A stretch of 64,000 bases of DNA from Nemertoderma westbladi (Eukaryota > Animalia > Xenacoelomorpha). How positions within the stretch are numbered: the first letter of the stretch is position 1; every line of letters begins with the position of its first letter. This document shows positions 1 through 11,672 of this stretch, piece by piece. The notes under the pieces were generated by a model. It saw only the letters and a list, made by a program, of their open reading frames with translations, was not told the origin of the DNA and searched no databases. The stretch spans positions 1 to 64,000 of the forward strand of contig JAUCBJ010009147.1 in the NCBI GenBank assembly GCA_032718475.1, given 5' to 3'. The position numbers and the translations under genes were made by a program.

Positions 1-17
1 ATAAACTGCCGGCAGCT

Positions 18-446
18 GGTCCGTCTAAACACCCAAATTACGCAAAATTGACCAAATCATACCAAATCTGCAAATCACACAAAAAAATTATAATTTTTAT
101 TTTTTTCAAAATGTTTATTGTTTGGGTTCCTTAGGCCTATGCAGTTATGGTATGGCTACCACTGTAACTTGCTGACCTGCTCATTTTGGTACCTACTTAC
201 AGTGACTTATCTTTTTTTTTTATGATTTGGTGGTGTGATTTGTCAGTTTGTTGTGATTTGGTATCATTCTGCATTCAGTATGATTTGGTTTGGCCAGTTG
301 GCAGTTTGGTGTGATTTGGTTTTGGGATTAGGCCTATTTTTTGTTATTTGGTTTGTGATTTGGTGTGATTTACTGTGATTTGGTTCATGGCTTGTGATTT
401 GTTGTGATTTGGGTTTTTAGACGGCTGGACCTGGACGGACCGGACC
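18..446. mobile_element. Degenerate foldback/MULE-like MITE
   Basis: Left end GGTCCGTCTAAACACCCAAAT (18-38) is the reverse complement of ATTTGGGTTTTTAGACGG..GGACC (407-446, broken by micro-duplications). Subterminal CCAAATCA repeats on the left mirror TGATTTGG repeats on the right. AAACTGC occurs in both flanks and may be an eroded TSD. Confidence 0.6.
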
Positions 447-1445
447 CCAAACTGCAGATCTAGCCTATATCCTGATATCTGTCAGTCTGTATAAACTGTA
501 CCGGTCAGCACATGCCAGTCTGTCAGTACAGTACCGGTACCTACCGCTACCGGTAGGTCTATCTCTGTCTGTCTGTATCTGATGAACTGTCAGACTGTTT
601 AGAGCTTACCCTTACAGCCTTACGCTTAGCCTGTCAGCCTGTTAGCACTTAGTCCTACTTCTGTACCCTACTTCCTGACTTCCTACAGTCAGACCAGACA
701 GTCAACAGCCTGACAATGAACAGCTCAGCTCAGCAGCTCCCACTGCCTGAGCCTGACCAGCTGACTGTCGTATCGTACCGTACCACTGTCTGACTGTTCA
801 CTGTTAGACTGTCTGACTGTGTCACTGTGACTGTACTGCTGTACCAGCATGCAACTGTCAGACTGTTCAATCAGACTTTCAGTCAGTCAGTCAGTACAGC
901 ATACTAGCATTGGCGCCTGGCAGCCTGGCCCTGCACCCTGTGCCCTGGCAGTCCCGTCTGGGTTAATGGAGTAAGGCAGGCAGTCTGCTGTCTACGGACT
1001 ACAGGTCCTGGCTCTGGCATCTGGCGAACCGACCGCTGGCAGGCTGGACCGTACACGTCCTGAACTGACTGACTGACAGACTGACGTAGGCCTACAGCCG
1101 TACTGTAACTGCAGTACTGCATACTGTACTGTAATTAATACTGTACAGAGCTGCCGGGGCAGTAGGCAGGTAGGCTGTATGCCAGTATGCAGTATGTATA
1201 TCCTCCTGACTGCCTGATATCTGTGCTGCTGTCTGGCTGTGCTGTACCGGTACCGGCCAAGCTGCTAGCCGACTGCAGACTGGTATGTGGTATGTATGTG
1301 GTATGGTACAGTGGTAGGCCTACTGATGTTCTAGCAACGGCTGAACTGGCTGTGGAATCAATATATTCCAGCAATCATGTACTTTAATACTGTAGCTGTA
1401 TTTTCTGATTGTCATAGTCTGATAGTGGATAGTGTAGTGTAGAGG
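447..1445. repeat. Low-complexity tract of chained micro-duplications (TA-/TTA-bounded short spacers)
   Basis: Examples: 527-561 TA-CAG-TA-CCGG-TA-CC-TA-CCGC-TA-CCGG-TA-GGTC-TA and 599-651 TTA-GAGC-TTA-CCC-TTA-CAGCC-TTA-CGC-TTA. No credible ORF. Confidence 0.7.
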
Positions 1446-1978
1446 CTAATTTCTGTATGAATGAATGAATTAATAATTCGTTTAATTTCCTGTACATAAT
1501 GGAGGAATGTAAATAGGAAAATTGCCGTTAATCACAAACACAGATTACAGAAAACTTTATAATTACAGAAATAATACGTTAAAATTACTTTAAAAAGAGG
1601 CTTAAATGAATTTACTGTAGTTAGGGCCATTCATCAGTTCAGTTCAGATACACATCATTAACCTACAGACCTATGTAATAAATATTTGCATTGGATTTCG
1701 ACAGAAGAGCTATCAGCTGGCTACACTAATTTATATTACAAACACACAGTTAGTGAGAGAGTAATACAGTAGTAAAACTAATAACTGATTAATGTTTGCT
1801 TACTGTCTGGGTTGTAGAGTGAGTGATTATAACTTGGCAGAGGAAGTAATTCCTTGTTGGCCCTTCCTATTGTATTAAATAGCATTACACTAAGGTCATC
1901 TCTGTGGACGCTCATATCCATTCACCTGGATGCCACAGTACAGTAAACTAAAGTAAATTTCCTCAACAATGTTTGCCT

Positions 1979-2778
1979 CGGCCCGATAAGGAACCGATTT
2001 TTTATTTTAAATAAAAGAGACAACGAGAATTAGTATAGAACTAATAATTATGTAAAAATACAATCATATTTCATACAATAATTATTAATAAATTTGATCT
2101 ATTATTAGTTGCTCAATTCTAGAACAAAATCGACCTGCAACTAGTGAAGACCTCGTTTTGGAATTTCGAAACCACGCTGGTGCGATGTGCGATATCGTGT
2201 TTAGTTAATAAATTGAAAACTCCATCAGTTCTCATGTGCAACCAGTAATAAGAAATCGCGATAAATGTAATTAAAGAAAAATTATTCTAGAAAAATTTTC
2301 CTCAAAAAGTATGAAGTCTTGGCATTGGTGACGCGAAACTAGGCTAGTGAGATTCAGAATATTGCGTTTAATATAAAAATCAAAAACGCTATCGAATTCC
2401 GTAAAGGCGTTAATAAAATACTGCAACTTTTTTGAAATTTGTAAAATTCTAGAACTAGAAAAAATTAATTTTTGAACGGCGCTGTTTGGGGTTTCGAAAC
2501 ATGGATAGGCTGAAAGAGGACATCGAATTAAGTTGAAAAATGAAAACCCCATCGAATTTGGACAAAGCGTTCCGGAGTTATAGCGGATCGAAAAAAATTT
2601 ACCCCCCCCCCCCAGTCGCCAAAAATTAACAGTAATTTAAAATTTTGCAAAAAAAATATTTTGCGTTATTTTTGATGGCGAATCGATTGGCAGTACTGGC
2701 TACGAAAAATTTTTTTTTGAAATTTTTGGTCAGAAAAAAAAACATGGAAAAAGTATATTTTTAAAAAGATTTGATGTC
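1979..2778. mobile_element. ~800 bp non-autonomous insertion splitting a local repeat
   Basis: The repeat reads CAATGTTTGCCT|ATGGTCAG elsewhere. Here TTTGCCT flanks both sides (1972-1978 and 2779-2785) of an unrelated CpG-richer block. Confidence 0.45.
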
Positions 2779-3107
2779 TTTGCCTATGGTCAGAGAATGA
2801 TCCAACTCTGTACTTGGCAATCGCTCAAATCCATTCAGCTGAATGGCACAGTAGAGTAAACTAACGTAAATTCCCTATACAATGTTCTGAAGGGGAGACT
2901 GACAGAGAGTAATCCAACAATAAAACATGTTGCAATAATGTTGGCATTAATGTAGCCAACACACTGTGTACTTAACAGTCATTCAGCTTACATTAGCAGA
3001 GTGAGATATTCCCATAGATGGCATTGGGAAGAGTAATTCAGCTGAGGCGATAATAGATTTCAAACTAAACCAACCACCAGTCAATGTTTGCTTTGACAGA
3101 GAGTGCA

Positions 3108-3470
3108 GGGCCTAAACAAACAGTATGGGTGTACTAAGTATAATAATCTTGGCAACCTCATCGATTTATTACTAAGCCTTGTGTAGAAATGCATTACATA
3201 AGCCATTTTTCATCAGGACACCAGCTGTCATTGGTGTTATTTTACCATTGCGCCTATGGCGTTTTTTTTGTTTATGTCTATTTTTCGAGCCCACGGCTCA
3301 TGGACGAAATAGCGGAACATACCAAGGACCTTAGAATCGCGGTATCTAGCCGCTGTGAAATTTTCATCAAAATCGTTAGAGTAGTTCTGGCTGTAGGTCA
3401 GTCAGTCAATCAATCAATCAGTCAGCCAGCCACGAGCAATTCTTACAGTAATGAACCTCTCGGTTCCTAA
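3108..3470 (-). mobile_element. Helentron/DINE-1-like (HINE) non-autonomous fragment
   Basis: On the minus strand: TT|AGGAACCGAGAGGTTC hairpin, a (TGAC/TGAT)n microsatellite, and the core AACTACTCTAACGATTTTGATGAAAATTTCACAG. The body (3108-3275) is homologous to 60020-60195 and 63180-63341. Confidence 0.55.
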
Positions 3471-5278
3471 CTAGAGACGGCGTCAAGACGCCGTTAAGCA
3501 AGTCGGAAGTCATCAATCAAATATAAATTCCCTCAACAATGTTTACCTATGGTCAGAATGGAAGGGCTATTTACCTATGGTCAGAGAGAGATCCCACTCT
3601 GTAATTTGGCAATTGCTCAAATTCATTCAGTTGAATGGCACAGTAGAGTGAACTAAACTAAATTCCCTCAACAATGTTTGGCTATGGTCTGAAAGAACTA
3701 ACAGTCATTCAGCTTGCACAATGTCAATCACCTACAGTATAAAACATTTAGAATGCCACAGTGTGTATCCTGATACAGATAATAAGCAGTGATATATATA
3801 TTTCAAACTATAATGTTAGTGTTAGCCTTACACAGTATCAGTATGAGGCTGAGTAAACATTCCACCTTATAAGCATACTGCCTCCACAGAATTAATGTTG
3901 GCCGAAAGATTTAAAAATAAAACAATTATTATTATAAATACAGTGCAATCCAATAGTACCCAACACACTGTGTAACTAACAGTCAATCAGCTTACACGTC
4001 AATTAACATAGAAGAGAGAGTAACCTTGTAGATCGCCATAGAAAGCATTGGGAAGAGTTATTCAGCTGAGGCTGTAATAGCCGGCTAACCCAGTGAATGA
4101 TTATAAAGTTGGCACTGTATGTACTTCCTTGTTAGGTGGCGAACCTCTCGGTTCCTAATTATGCAGGCAACAAAGTGATAATTGTGTGCTGGCCAGTTGT
4201 TGGATAGAAGCTATATTCCCATTAATTTATCAAATTTAGGTTCCTGAGAGGTCATTACAGGATGGGTTTTCGGTCGCAAGTACAAATTGAATTTACGGCA
4301 CCCTAAAGTCTTTCTAAAAAACATTCATTCAAATAATACATGAAACATAATTAGTGAAACAAGATTAATGCTTGACAAGATTGATTATTTTAATAACATA
4401 ATACAATATCAGATTAACAATTAATATAAGAGAAACTGCACTGTAGCATCTCTGTGTATATGCAGTTTCATTATAATGACCTAAAGAAGCCCTGTTGGGA
4501 GAAAGCTTGTAATAACATTTGTTATTCATTTCATTAGTCACCTCAGGTCAACCCGTACTACCTTAACTGTTTAATTAATATGATAACTATGTTGACGAGA
4601 GCGCGAGAATTCCTTCTTAAAAACCAAGAAAGGCTTTCGACTTTCAAGTACGATAGAACGGCTACAATCTTGTGTTGTTTTAGCTTAATAGAGATATTAA
4701 AATATCCCCTGCCGCTGGCGTTTATATTTGAGCATATTTTAAATGTTTGCCTCATATTCAATTGATGTGTACCGCCTTCTGGCAAAGCGGCACCCAGTTT
4801 AAACTATCAATCACAGCTAGCTAGTGAGTAGCGACCCACGGACGGCGCCCTTCAAACAAACAGGTGCAGAGTCGGAAAGAACTGTCACGTGCTTTGCTTG
4901 GCTTGTGGTACCATTTGATTACATAATCGATTTTGGCAGACTGGGCGGTCGCTCTGACCATATGCATTGCGCACCAACAATGCCTAAAACATCTATGGGA
5001 ACAGCCAATTAGTGCGCTTGAATCATTTATCTTTATTCCTGCCTCTATCGTTATTCTTTACTTTGTATAACACAATTTACAGTGCGGCAAAGAAGGGCTG
5101 GTTGACCATTGAAATGCATTGGTAAAGGAATTCGGCGTTCACATTCCTAAGGCCCTGTGGGCTAAACAAATTTAAACAGTACAGTTTTAGCACTATACAT
5201 TAATATAGATAGGGCAACAGACAAACTGTCTATGACACAAATACCAACACATTCCGATAGCCCGCAAAAATGGCGTCT

Positions 5279-5766
5279 CTAAAGAGTCCAAATATAAATT
5301 AATAAAATCCTCTATGAAACAATAAAAATACCTACAAAAAATACTGCTGTATTAAATATTAGTTACTGCAGTAACATATAACAATTACTGCAGTAACAAA
5401 TATTTATTACTGCAGTAACAAATATTTATTACTGCAGTAACAAATATTTATTACTGCAGTAATAAATATTTATTACTGCAGTAATCAATATTAATAAATA
5501 ATTGAATAAAAATTTATACTGCAGTAATCAATATTAATAAATAATTGAATAAAAATTTATACTGCAGTAATCAATATTAATAAATAATTGAATAAAAATT
5601 TCTACTACAGTAACAGATTATTTGTTACTGCAGAAAAAGAAAATTTTTTATTACTGCAGTAAGTTTAATTCTTACTTTCAGTAACAAATATTTATTACTG
5701 CAGTATTTTTTGGAGGCATCTTTATTGTTTCATAGAGGTTTTTATTGCTTATATTTTACCCTATAG
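5279..5766. mobile_element. Foldback MITE with internal palindromic tandem repeats (TTACTGCAGTAA core)
   Basis: Imperfect inverted ends (..CCTCTATGAAACAATAAAAATACC.. versus ..GCATCTTTATTGTTTCATAGAGG..). The interior consists of 21- and 42-bp units built on the palindrome TTACTGCAGTAA. Confidence 0.65.
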
Positions 5767-5944
5767 TCAAAGTCAATACCATAGCCAGCTCCAGCAGGAC
5801 TGTATGAAATGACTGACAGTACTACTTTGAAATCTTTGAGGACACTTTGTCATTTTCTTGGACCACTTTTAGAAATTTGAGACACTTTTAGTTCTTTGAG
5901 AAAATCTCAAAGAACAGATGCACTTTGAGACCCCGACTGTATCT

Positions 5945-6602
5945 ACGGGATTTTGCGGGAACGACCATCCCTATTTTAGGTGCCGTTTGGTTAAACATTG
6001 AAGCGGGAGGGCGTACAGCGTTGGTTCGTGCTTTAGTTGCCAAAGAGTTAGAGTGTAATTCTGGAATTATTTTGGGCTTGAGAACATTAGGTGCATTACG
6101 TGTACATATTAACTGCAGTGAGAGAAAAGTATTTCAGGAAGCAGTAATTCAATTAGAAGAGACAGAACCTATTATTGCCCAGGAAATTAATTCACCACCT
6201 TTACTTAGTAATACAAACCCATTTTCACCCAATTTTGTTAATTCTCCATCAACAAACGCTAAAGTAGTTGCGCACGGGATTTTGCGGGAACGACCATCCC
6301 TATTTTAGGTGCCGTTTGGTTAAACATTGAAGCGGGAGGGCGTACAGCGTTGGTTCGTGCTTTAGTTGCCAAAGAGTTAGAGTGTAATTCTGGAATTATT
6401 TTGGGCTTGAGAACATTAGGTGCATTACGTGTACATATTAACTGCAGTGAGAGAAAAGTATTTCAGGAAGCAGTAAGTCAATTAGAAGAGACAGAACCTA
6501 TTATTGCCCAGGAAATTAATTCACCACCTTTACTTAGTAATACAAACCCCTTTTCACCCAATTATGTTAATTCTCCATCAACAAACGCTAAAGTAGTTGC
6601 AC
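5945..6602 (+). repeat. 329-bp tandem duplication in the protease region (frameshifting)
   Basis: ACGGGATTTTGCGGGAACG starts at 5945 and again at 6274. The copies differ at about 3 internal positions. This explains the two near-identical ORF starts (5925 and 6350). Confidence 0.92.
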
Positions 6603-9600
6603 AAGGAAATAGTGAGCCTAATACAAGCACGAGCATTGAACATAAAAATAATACTACCAAGCATTTACACGTCTTCCGTGTTGTCGCCGATCGAAATATT
6701 TTAATTCCACCAAACCACGAAGCTATAGTACATGGTCGACCAGTTGGTGTGGCATTAGAATGTAGGCCTAAGTCTAAGTCTAATGTAGTGGTAGGCTTAT
6801 TTGAACCGAATGCAACTGGCTTAGGTAAGAATGGCTTAATAGGAGCTCGTACACTAAATACAGTAGACCAGGGTCTTATTTTGTGTCGCATTATGAATCC
6901 CAATAATAAGCGAATAATTCTTCAAAAGAATAGTCGAATAGGTGATCTTGAGCCACATACTGAAATAATAAATACTGCTACACCGAATGTAAATAAATTA
7001 GACTCACCAACTGACCCTGATGCGGACATAATATCTAAATTCCCTACTTTAGAAGACGACACACACACTAGAGCTTTACATGACGTCCTACTTAAGCACT
7101 ACAATGTAATATCTAATAACGATTACGATGTAGGATATTGTGACTTAATTTCGCATGAAATTGATGCTGATGGGCCTCCCATTCGTCAGAGACCGTACCG
7201 TATACCATACAAACACCGTGATTTCGTTGATGAAACCATTAAGACGATGATTAAAGAAAACGTGATTGAAGAAAGCTCTAGCCCATGGGCGAGTCCAGTA
7301 GTAATTGCACAAAAACCCGATGGAGGATTGCGATTTTGTGTTGACTACAGACGGCTAAACGCTCAAACTCGTATTCCTTTACACCCTTTGCCTAGAATAG
7401 ATGAAGTGATTGATCAATTAGGTGGTAATGCATATTTTACCACTCTTGACTTAACGTGCGGTTATTGGCATGTTCCAATAGCTGACAAAGATCGTGATAA
7501 AACTAGTTTCATCACAAACAGCGGCCAATGGAATTTCCGTCGCATGCCTTTTGGTTTGGCAGGAGCACCCAGTACATTTCAACGACTAATGTCAAAAGTT
7601 ATAGGTAGATTAAGTAATAAAATTTGCCTCGTTTACTTAGATGACGTCATTATTTATTCGGAAACATTTGAACAACATTTACATGACATTGATAGTGTAC
7701 TAGAGTGTATCGAAGCTGCAGGTTTAAAGCTAAAGCTACGAAAATGTACGTTTGCTGCAGAAAAGGTTACATATTTAGGTCATGAAATAACTGCGCAGGG
7801 AATAAAACCAGCTGTTAGGAATCTACGAGCAGTAAGTGAGTTTCCACGGCCAACCGCAATAACTCAGGTTCGTCAATTTTTAGGACTTGCTTCATTTTAC
7901 CGTAAGTTCATAAAGGATTTTGCGAAAATAGCTTCGCCGTTAGCACAGCTGTTACAGAAAAATGTAGTATTCAGTTGGACAGCTGATAAGGAACAAGCAT
8001 TTCAGACATTAAAAACGAAATTAACGAATCCACCTGTACTTGGTTTTCCTATTCTACCATCTACTGACTCAGAACCTTACTGTATTTCGACTTATCGGTT
8101 GATGACAGACGCCTCTATAGTTGGCTTAGGCGCTGTTCTAGAACAATTTCAAGGTGGTAAATATGTAGTTATAGGCTACGCAAGTAGATCTGTAAAACCA
8201 GCCGAGAAGAATTACAATATTACTGAATTGGAGGGTCTTGGAGTTGTCTGGGGTGTACATTACTTCAGACACTACTTGATTGGTACGAAATTCAAAATTA
8301 TCACTGATCATTCTGCTTTGAAGCACATATTAGCAGTAAAAGAACCAACCGGACGGATAGCGCGATGGTGCTTAGCCTTGCAGCAGTACGATTTTGAAGT
8401 TGAACACCGGCCTGGAAAGCATCAATTTGCCCCCGATGCTTTGAGCAGAAATCCAGTATCAGCTTTTCAACCAGATAGCGACATCGATAACATACAAGTA
8501 GGTCCGGATATAAATATCATAAATAACAGGGAAATTATAAAACCTGACTCTAACCCCATTACTGTAAATGTTATACGTGCTGGGCATGAAACTGAAAGGC
8601 GACCAAAGGAAAACAATAATTGTAAGAGTGCATGGCTATTAGCAATCGCAACCGATCCCACATTGGAAGCAATCCAGCGCGTGAAACTCAACGAGCAAGG
8701 TCCAGCATTGTCTGATATTAATTTCGTAGCTTTGAAGCGCTTAGCTACTTTAGTCTCTATTGACCAGTTAGGTTTTATGTACTATATTGGGCGTCGAGGT
8801 GAGGAAAATCTACAAGTAGTACCTAAACAGTTTCAGCAAGAAATAATTCGCACTTTTCACGATCAACCGTGTGATGGACATTATGCGTTTAATAAAACTT
8901 ATTATAAGGTTAGAAACAAATATTGGTGGATTACGATGCGAAAAGATATATTTAAGCACTGTCAAACTTGCTTACCGTGTCAGTTGGCCAAAAGACCGCG
9001 ATTAAAAATTGTGTCTCCACTGCACCCATTACCAGTAGTAGGAAACCCTTTTGATAGGTGTGAACTAGATCTACTTGGACCCTTTCATTCTTCTGCTTCC
9101 GGTAACCGTTTTATTTTACTGTTTACCGATAGTTTAACTAAGTGGCCGGAGGGCGTGGCAACCGCTAACAAAAGTACAAATACAGTAGCTAAGGCATTTA
9201 TAGACTTGGTGGTCAGTCGCCACGGTGCACCACGCGTATTACTTACCGACCAGGATTCGAATTTTTTATCTCGAATGTTCCAAAGTGTCACGCAAATGCT
9301 TGGAGTTGACCAAAAATCCGCAGTGATTTATCATCCACAAACCTTAGGGTTGGTAGAGCGATTAAATCAAACTCTAGTAACCATGCTGTCTATCTATACC
9401 GATTCTGACCAATTACACTGGGATGAGTGTCTCCCAGCTGTACTTTTTGCGTATCGCACTTCTATACATTCAACTGTCAATCAAACTCCATTTTTCCTTA
9501 CCTACGGTCGTGAAGCAACATTACCTTCAGACGCTGTTTTACTTAAAGCAACCGACAATGCTAGTTTAGATGACTATACTAGACGACTAGCGAAAACAGT

Positions 9601-10030
9601 TTTGATCAGTAGGAAAAATGCAGAGTCATTACAAAAACAAGCTCAATCTAGATTCATTCGGAATTATAATAACAGTCACAACATAGTTGTACCGCAATAT
9701 AAAGTAGGAAACTACGTATTCACAGAAGAAAGGGAATGTCCCGTTGGCTTGTCACGAAAGCTCAGAGCAAAATATCTTGGGCCTTACAGGGTACAGGCAA
9801 TTGAAGGCGAAAATTTACGATTAACTAGGCCAGGTCGTAAAAGTGTAAGCACCCTTATTCACCCCAACATGGTAAAACCTGCGCGTTTACGCTACAGTCT
9901 GTCTGATACCAGCCCCGCTATTGAAACAGATGACAACCCAAACATTATAACAAACTATCTAAGCCCACAAGGAAATTCTACAGTTTCTAGTGTGGAATTA
10001 TCTCTAGTAGACGAAAGTGAATTATCATGA
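6275..10030 (+). CDS. pol: Gypsy Pol polyprotein (C-terminal half of protease, dUTPase-like insert, reverse transcriptase, RNase H, integrase with HHCC and GPY/F)
   Basis: Motifs: IILGLRTL (protease C-terminus); SPWASPVV, LRFCVDYRRLN, MPFGL, YLDD (RT); TDAS, ELEGL, TDHSAL (RNase H); H-x6-H..C-x2-C, LDLLGP, TDQDSNF, HPQTLGLVERLN, YLGPYRV (integrase). The frame is open from about 6263 and no natural start is retained. Confidence 0.95.
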   Translation, partial: RDFAGTTIPILGAVWLNIEAGGRTALVRALVAKELECNSGIILGLRTLGALRVHINCSERKVFQEAVSQLEETEPIIAQEINSPPLLSNTNPFSPNYVNSPSTNAKVVAQGNSEPNTSTSIEHKNNTTKHLHVFRVVADRNILIPPNHEAIVHGRPVGVALECRPKSKSNVVVGLFEPNATGLGKNGLIGARTLNTVDQGLILCRIMNPNNKRIILQKNSRIGDLEPHTEIINTATPNVNKLDSPTDPDADIISKFPTLEDDTHTRALHDVLLKHYNVISNNDYDVGYCDLISHEIDADGPPIRQRPYRIPYKHRDFVDETIKTMIKENVIEESSSPWASPVVIAQKPDGGLRFCVDYRRLNAQTRIPLHPLPRIDEVIDQLGGNAYFTTLDLTCGYWHVPIADKDRDKTSFITNSGQWNFRRMPFGLAGAPSTFQRLMSKVIGRLSNKICLVYLDDVIIYSETFEQHLHDIDSVLECIEAAGLKLKLRKCTFAAEKVTYLGHEITAQGIKPAVRNLRAVSEFPRPTAITQVRQFLGLASFYRKFIKDFAKIASPLAQLLQKNVVFSWTADKEQAFQTLKTKLTNPPVLGFPILPSTDSEPYCISTYRLMTDASIVGLGAVLEQFQGGKYVVIGYASRSVKPAEKNYNITELEGLGVVWGVHYFRHYLIGTKFKIITDHSALKHILAVKEPTGRIARWCLALQQYDFEVEHRPGKHQFAPDALSRNPVSAFQPDSDIDNIQVGPDINIINNREIIKPDSNPITVNVIRAGHETERRPKENNNCKSAWLLAIATDPTLEAIQRVKLNEQGPALSDINFVALKRLATLVSIDQLGFMYYIGRRGEENLQVVPKQFQQEIIRTFHDQPCDGHYAFNKTYYKVRNKYWWITMRKDIFKHCQTCLPCQLAKRPRLKIVSPLHPLPVVGNPFDRCELDLLGPFHSSASGNRFILLFTDSLTKWPEGVATANKSTNTVAKAFIDLVVSRHGAPRVLLTDQDSNFLSRMFQSVTQMLGVDQKSAVIYHPQTLGLVERLNQTLVTMLSIYTDSDQLHWDECLPAVLFAYRTSIHSTVNQTPFFLTYGREATLPSDAVLLKATDNASLDDYTRRLAKTVLISRKNAESLQKQAQSRFIRNYNNSHNIVVPQYKVGNYVFTEERECPVGLSRKLRAKYLGPYRVQAIEGENLRLTRPGRKSVSTLIHPNMVKPARLRYSLSDTSPAIETDDNPNIITNYLSPQGNSTVSSVELSLVDESELS

Positions 10031-11324
10031 AAATTGAAATGTAACATTTAATAATCATGAGAAACATTGTTATCATTAATCATGTAACCTCGTGTAATCA
10101 TATAATCATTAATCATGTAACCTTAATTTTAATCGTGTACATATTATGTTATTTTATGACTTATAAATGAAGCCAATTGTAAGAAGTTATAAAGGACTCA
10201 TAACTGTGTAATGTTTTAACGTTATACTGTAGAAATATCGGTATTGAAATAGTGAATTAGACCTACACCTACATTAGCCTAGTTGTTATCCGCATGTCAT
10301 TATTTTACATTTATATTCTAGTTGCTCTGAATACCCATTTATCATAAAATAGTGTCACATATTTTCTATTTTAGTTATCCATTAAGTATACTGTGCTACA
10401 GTGCATGATTAATATTATAATACTATTGATATAATGTCATTATACTGTAGTATCGTTTGCAATTGCAAAAATAAATATGTAGGCCTAATTGTAAAGATAA
10501 TTTAAAGATAAATTGTTATAAAGATACTTATTGTACTTATATTACGTAAATTTAATGTTTGAATAAAGTGATTCGTTATTGTGTTTTAAGAGTAATTTAC
10601 CGACCATGTCTTTGAATAAAGTTTTAGTGTTATTTAAAACAATTAGAAATAAAGAGAATAAGAGAACAGTATGTGTCAAACTGTGCAATGAGTATCCAGT
10701 ACAGTAGAGGCGAAAACTCCGTTGTCTTAATTATTGCAATTTTTATGTTATCAAGTTTGATTTAATTTAATCATTTCATTATTTTGCTGTAATTTTCTTA
10801 CAGATATTTGATTGACATTATTTTTGAGTTCTCGGATTTTCAGATGTAGTTATTTCAAAAGCTTATATGTGAAGGTAGTAGACTGTCTGTGAAATAGGCA
10901 AATTCAACGAATTTGTAATTTCATATTTAAATTAAAGGTCGACACAGATTTTTGCCTCAGGATATTTTCCTACAGTATGTCACTTTCTTAATAATAATTG
11001 TAAGTAAATAAGTTTAAATGGTAACTGGAAGTCAAACAATGTATTTATTTTTTTACAACAATTTTATTGACTTTACTTTAATTGACATGTTTTTGATAAT
11101 CATATGTGATGTTAAACATAGTTTACAACTGTGGTTTCGTTACCATAATGTACTATTTACGGCATGTCGAATGTTCTATAGATCCCTATGTAGTTGAAAG
11201 AGCCAACATATATTTTATATTTATTATCTTTCATATGAAAATTAAAATGAATAACAGCAAAATGTCTATAACTGTAAGATAAGAAGTTCTGCAACACGGG
11301 GACGTGTTGATTGATGGAGGGGAG

Positions 11325-11672
11325 TGTCACAACTGTATTATAACTTGTGCACCACCTAGCGGCCAGTATCGGAATAACAATTACAATACATTATCTTTCA
11401 TTTACTGGTAGATGGCTCATTCAATTACATGTATAAAAGTAGCCAGAAGTCCTTATAACAGTTGGTACCGGTAGAAAATATTAAGATTATTATTATTTAT
11501 CTTTAGAACACATAATTAACTTCAATTATAAAATACTGATAACTGATCACCAATGATATTGAAAACCTTTTTCATTTTATATATTATCTCTATTATAATA
11601 CGACGCTCCCTCACCCAGACTCTATCCGTACCCGCCGCAGTCACTTCAGCTGTCTCCTGGAGTGGTCTGACA
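11325..11672 (+). repeat. 3' LTR (348 bp)
   Basis: Begins TGTCA immediately after the PPT and ends TGACA. TATAAAA at 11432-11438. There is no second copy in the window, so the right boundary is inferred from the terminal inverted 5-mer. Confidence 0.75.

Larger units (their letters stand above)
1790..4160. repeat. Mosaic of locally repeated segments with Helentron/HINE-like termini
   Basis: The segment ..ATCCATTCAGCTGAATGGCACAGTAGAGTAAACTAA..AAATTCCCTCAACAATGTTT recurs at about 1910, 2820 and 3615. GAACCTCTCGGTTCCTAA occurs at 3453 and 4141. Hairpin ACGGCGTC-AA-GACGCCGT (3477-3494) lies next to CTAG (3471-3474). Confidence 0.55.
5925..11672 (+). mobile_element. Ty3/Gypsy LTR retrotransposon, 5'-truncated (no 5' LTR, gag or protease active site)
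   Basis: pol ORF in PR-RT-RH-IN order, ~1.3 kb 3' UTR, polypurine tract GGAGGGGAG (11316-11324) directly followed by an LTR TGTCA...TGACA. Confidence 0.95.

Noticed and set aside
904-1387. Short ORFs in the ORF track
   Set aside because: They are translations of the low-complexity footprint tract, with no motifs or splice structure.
5762-5800. Possible minus-strand mini-exon (CAG|..PAGAGYGIDFDYR|GTAAAA)
   Set aside because: It is too short, overlaps a MITE end and has no partner exons I can identify.
6562-9291. Minus-strand ORFs overlapping pol
   Set aside because: They are antisense shadows of the pol frame.
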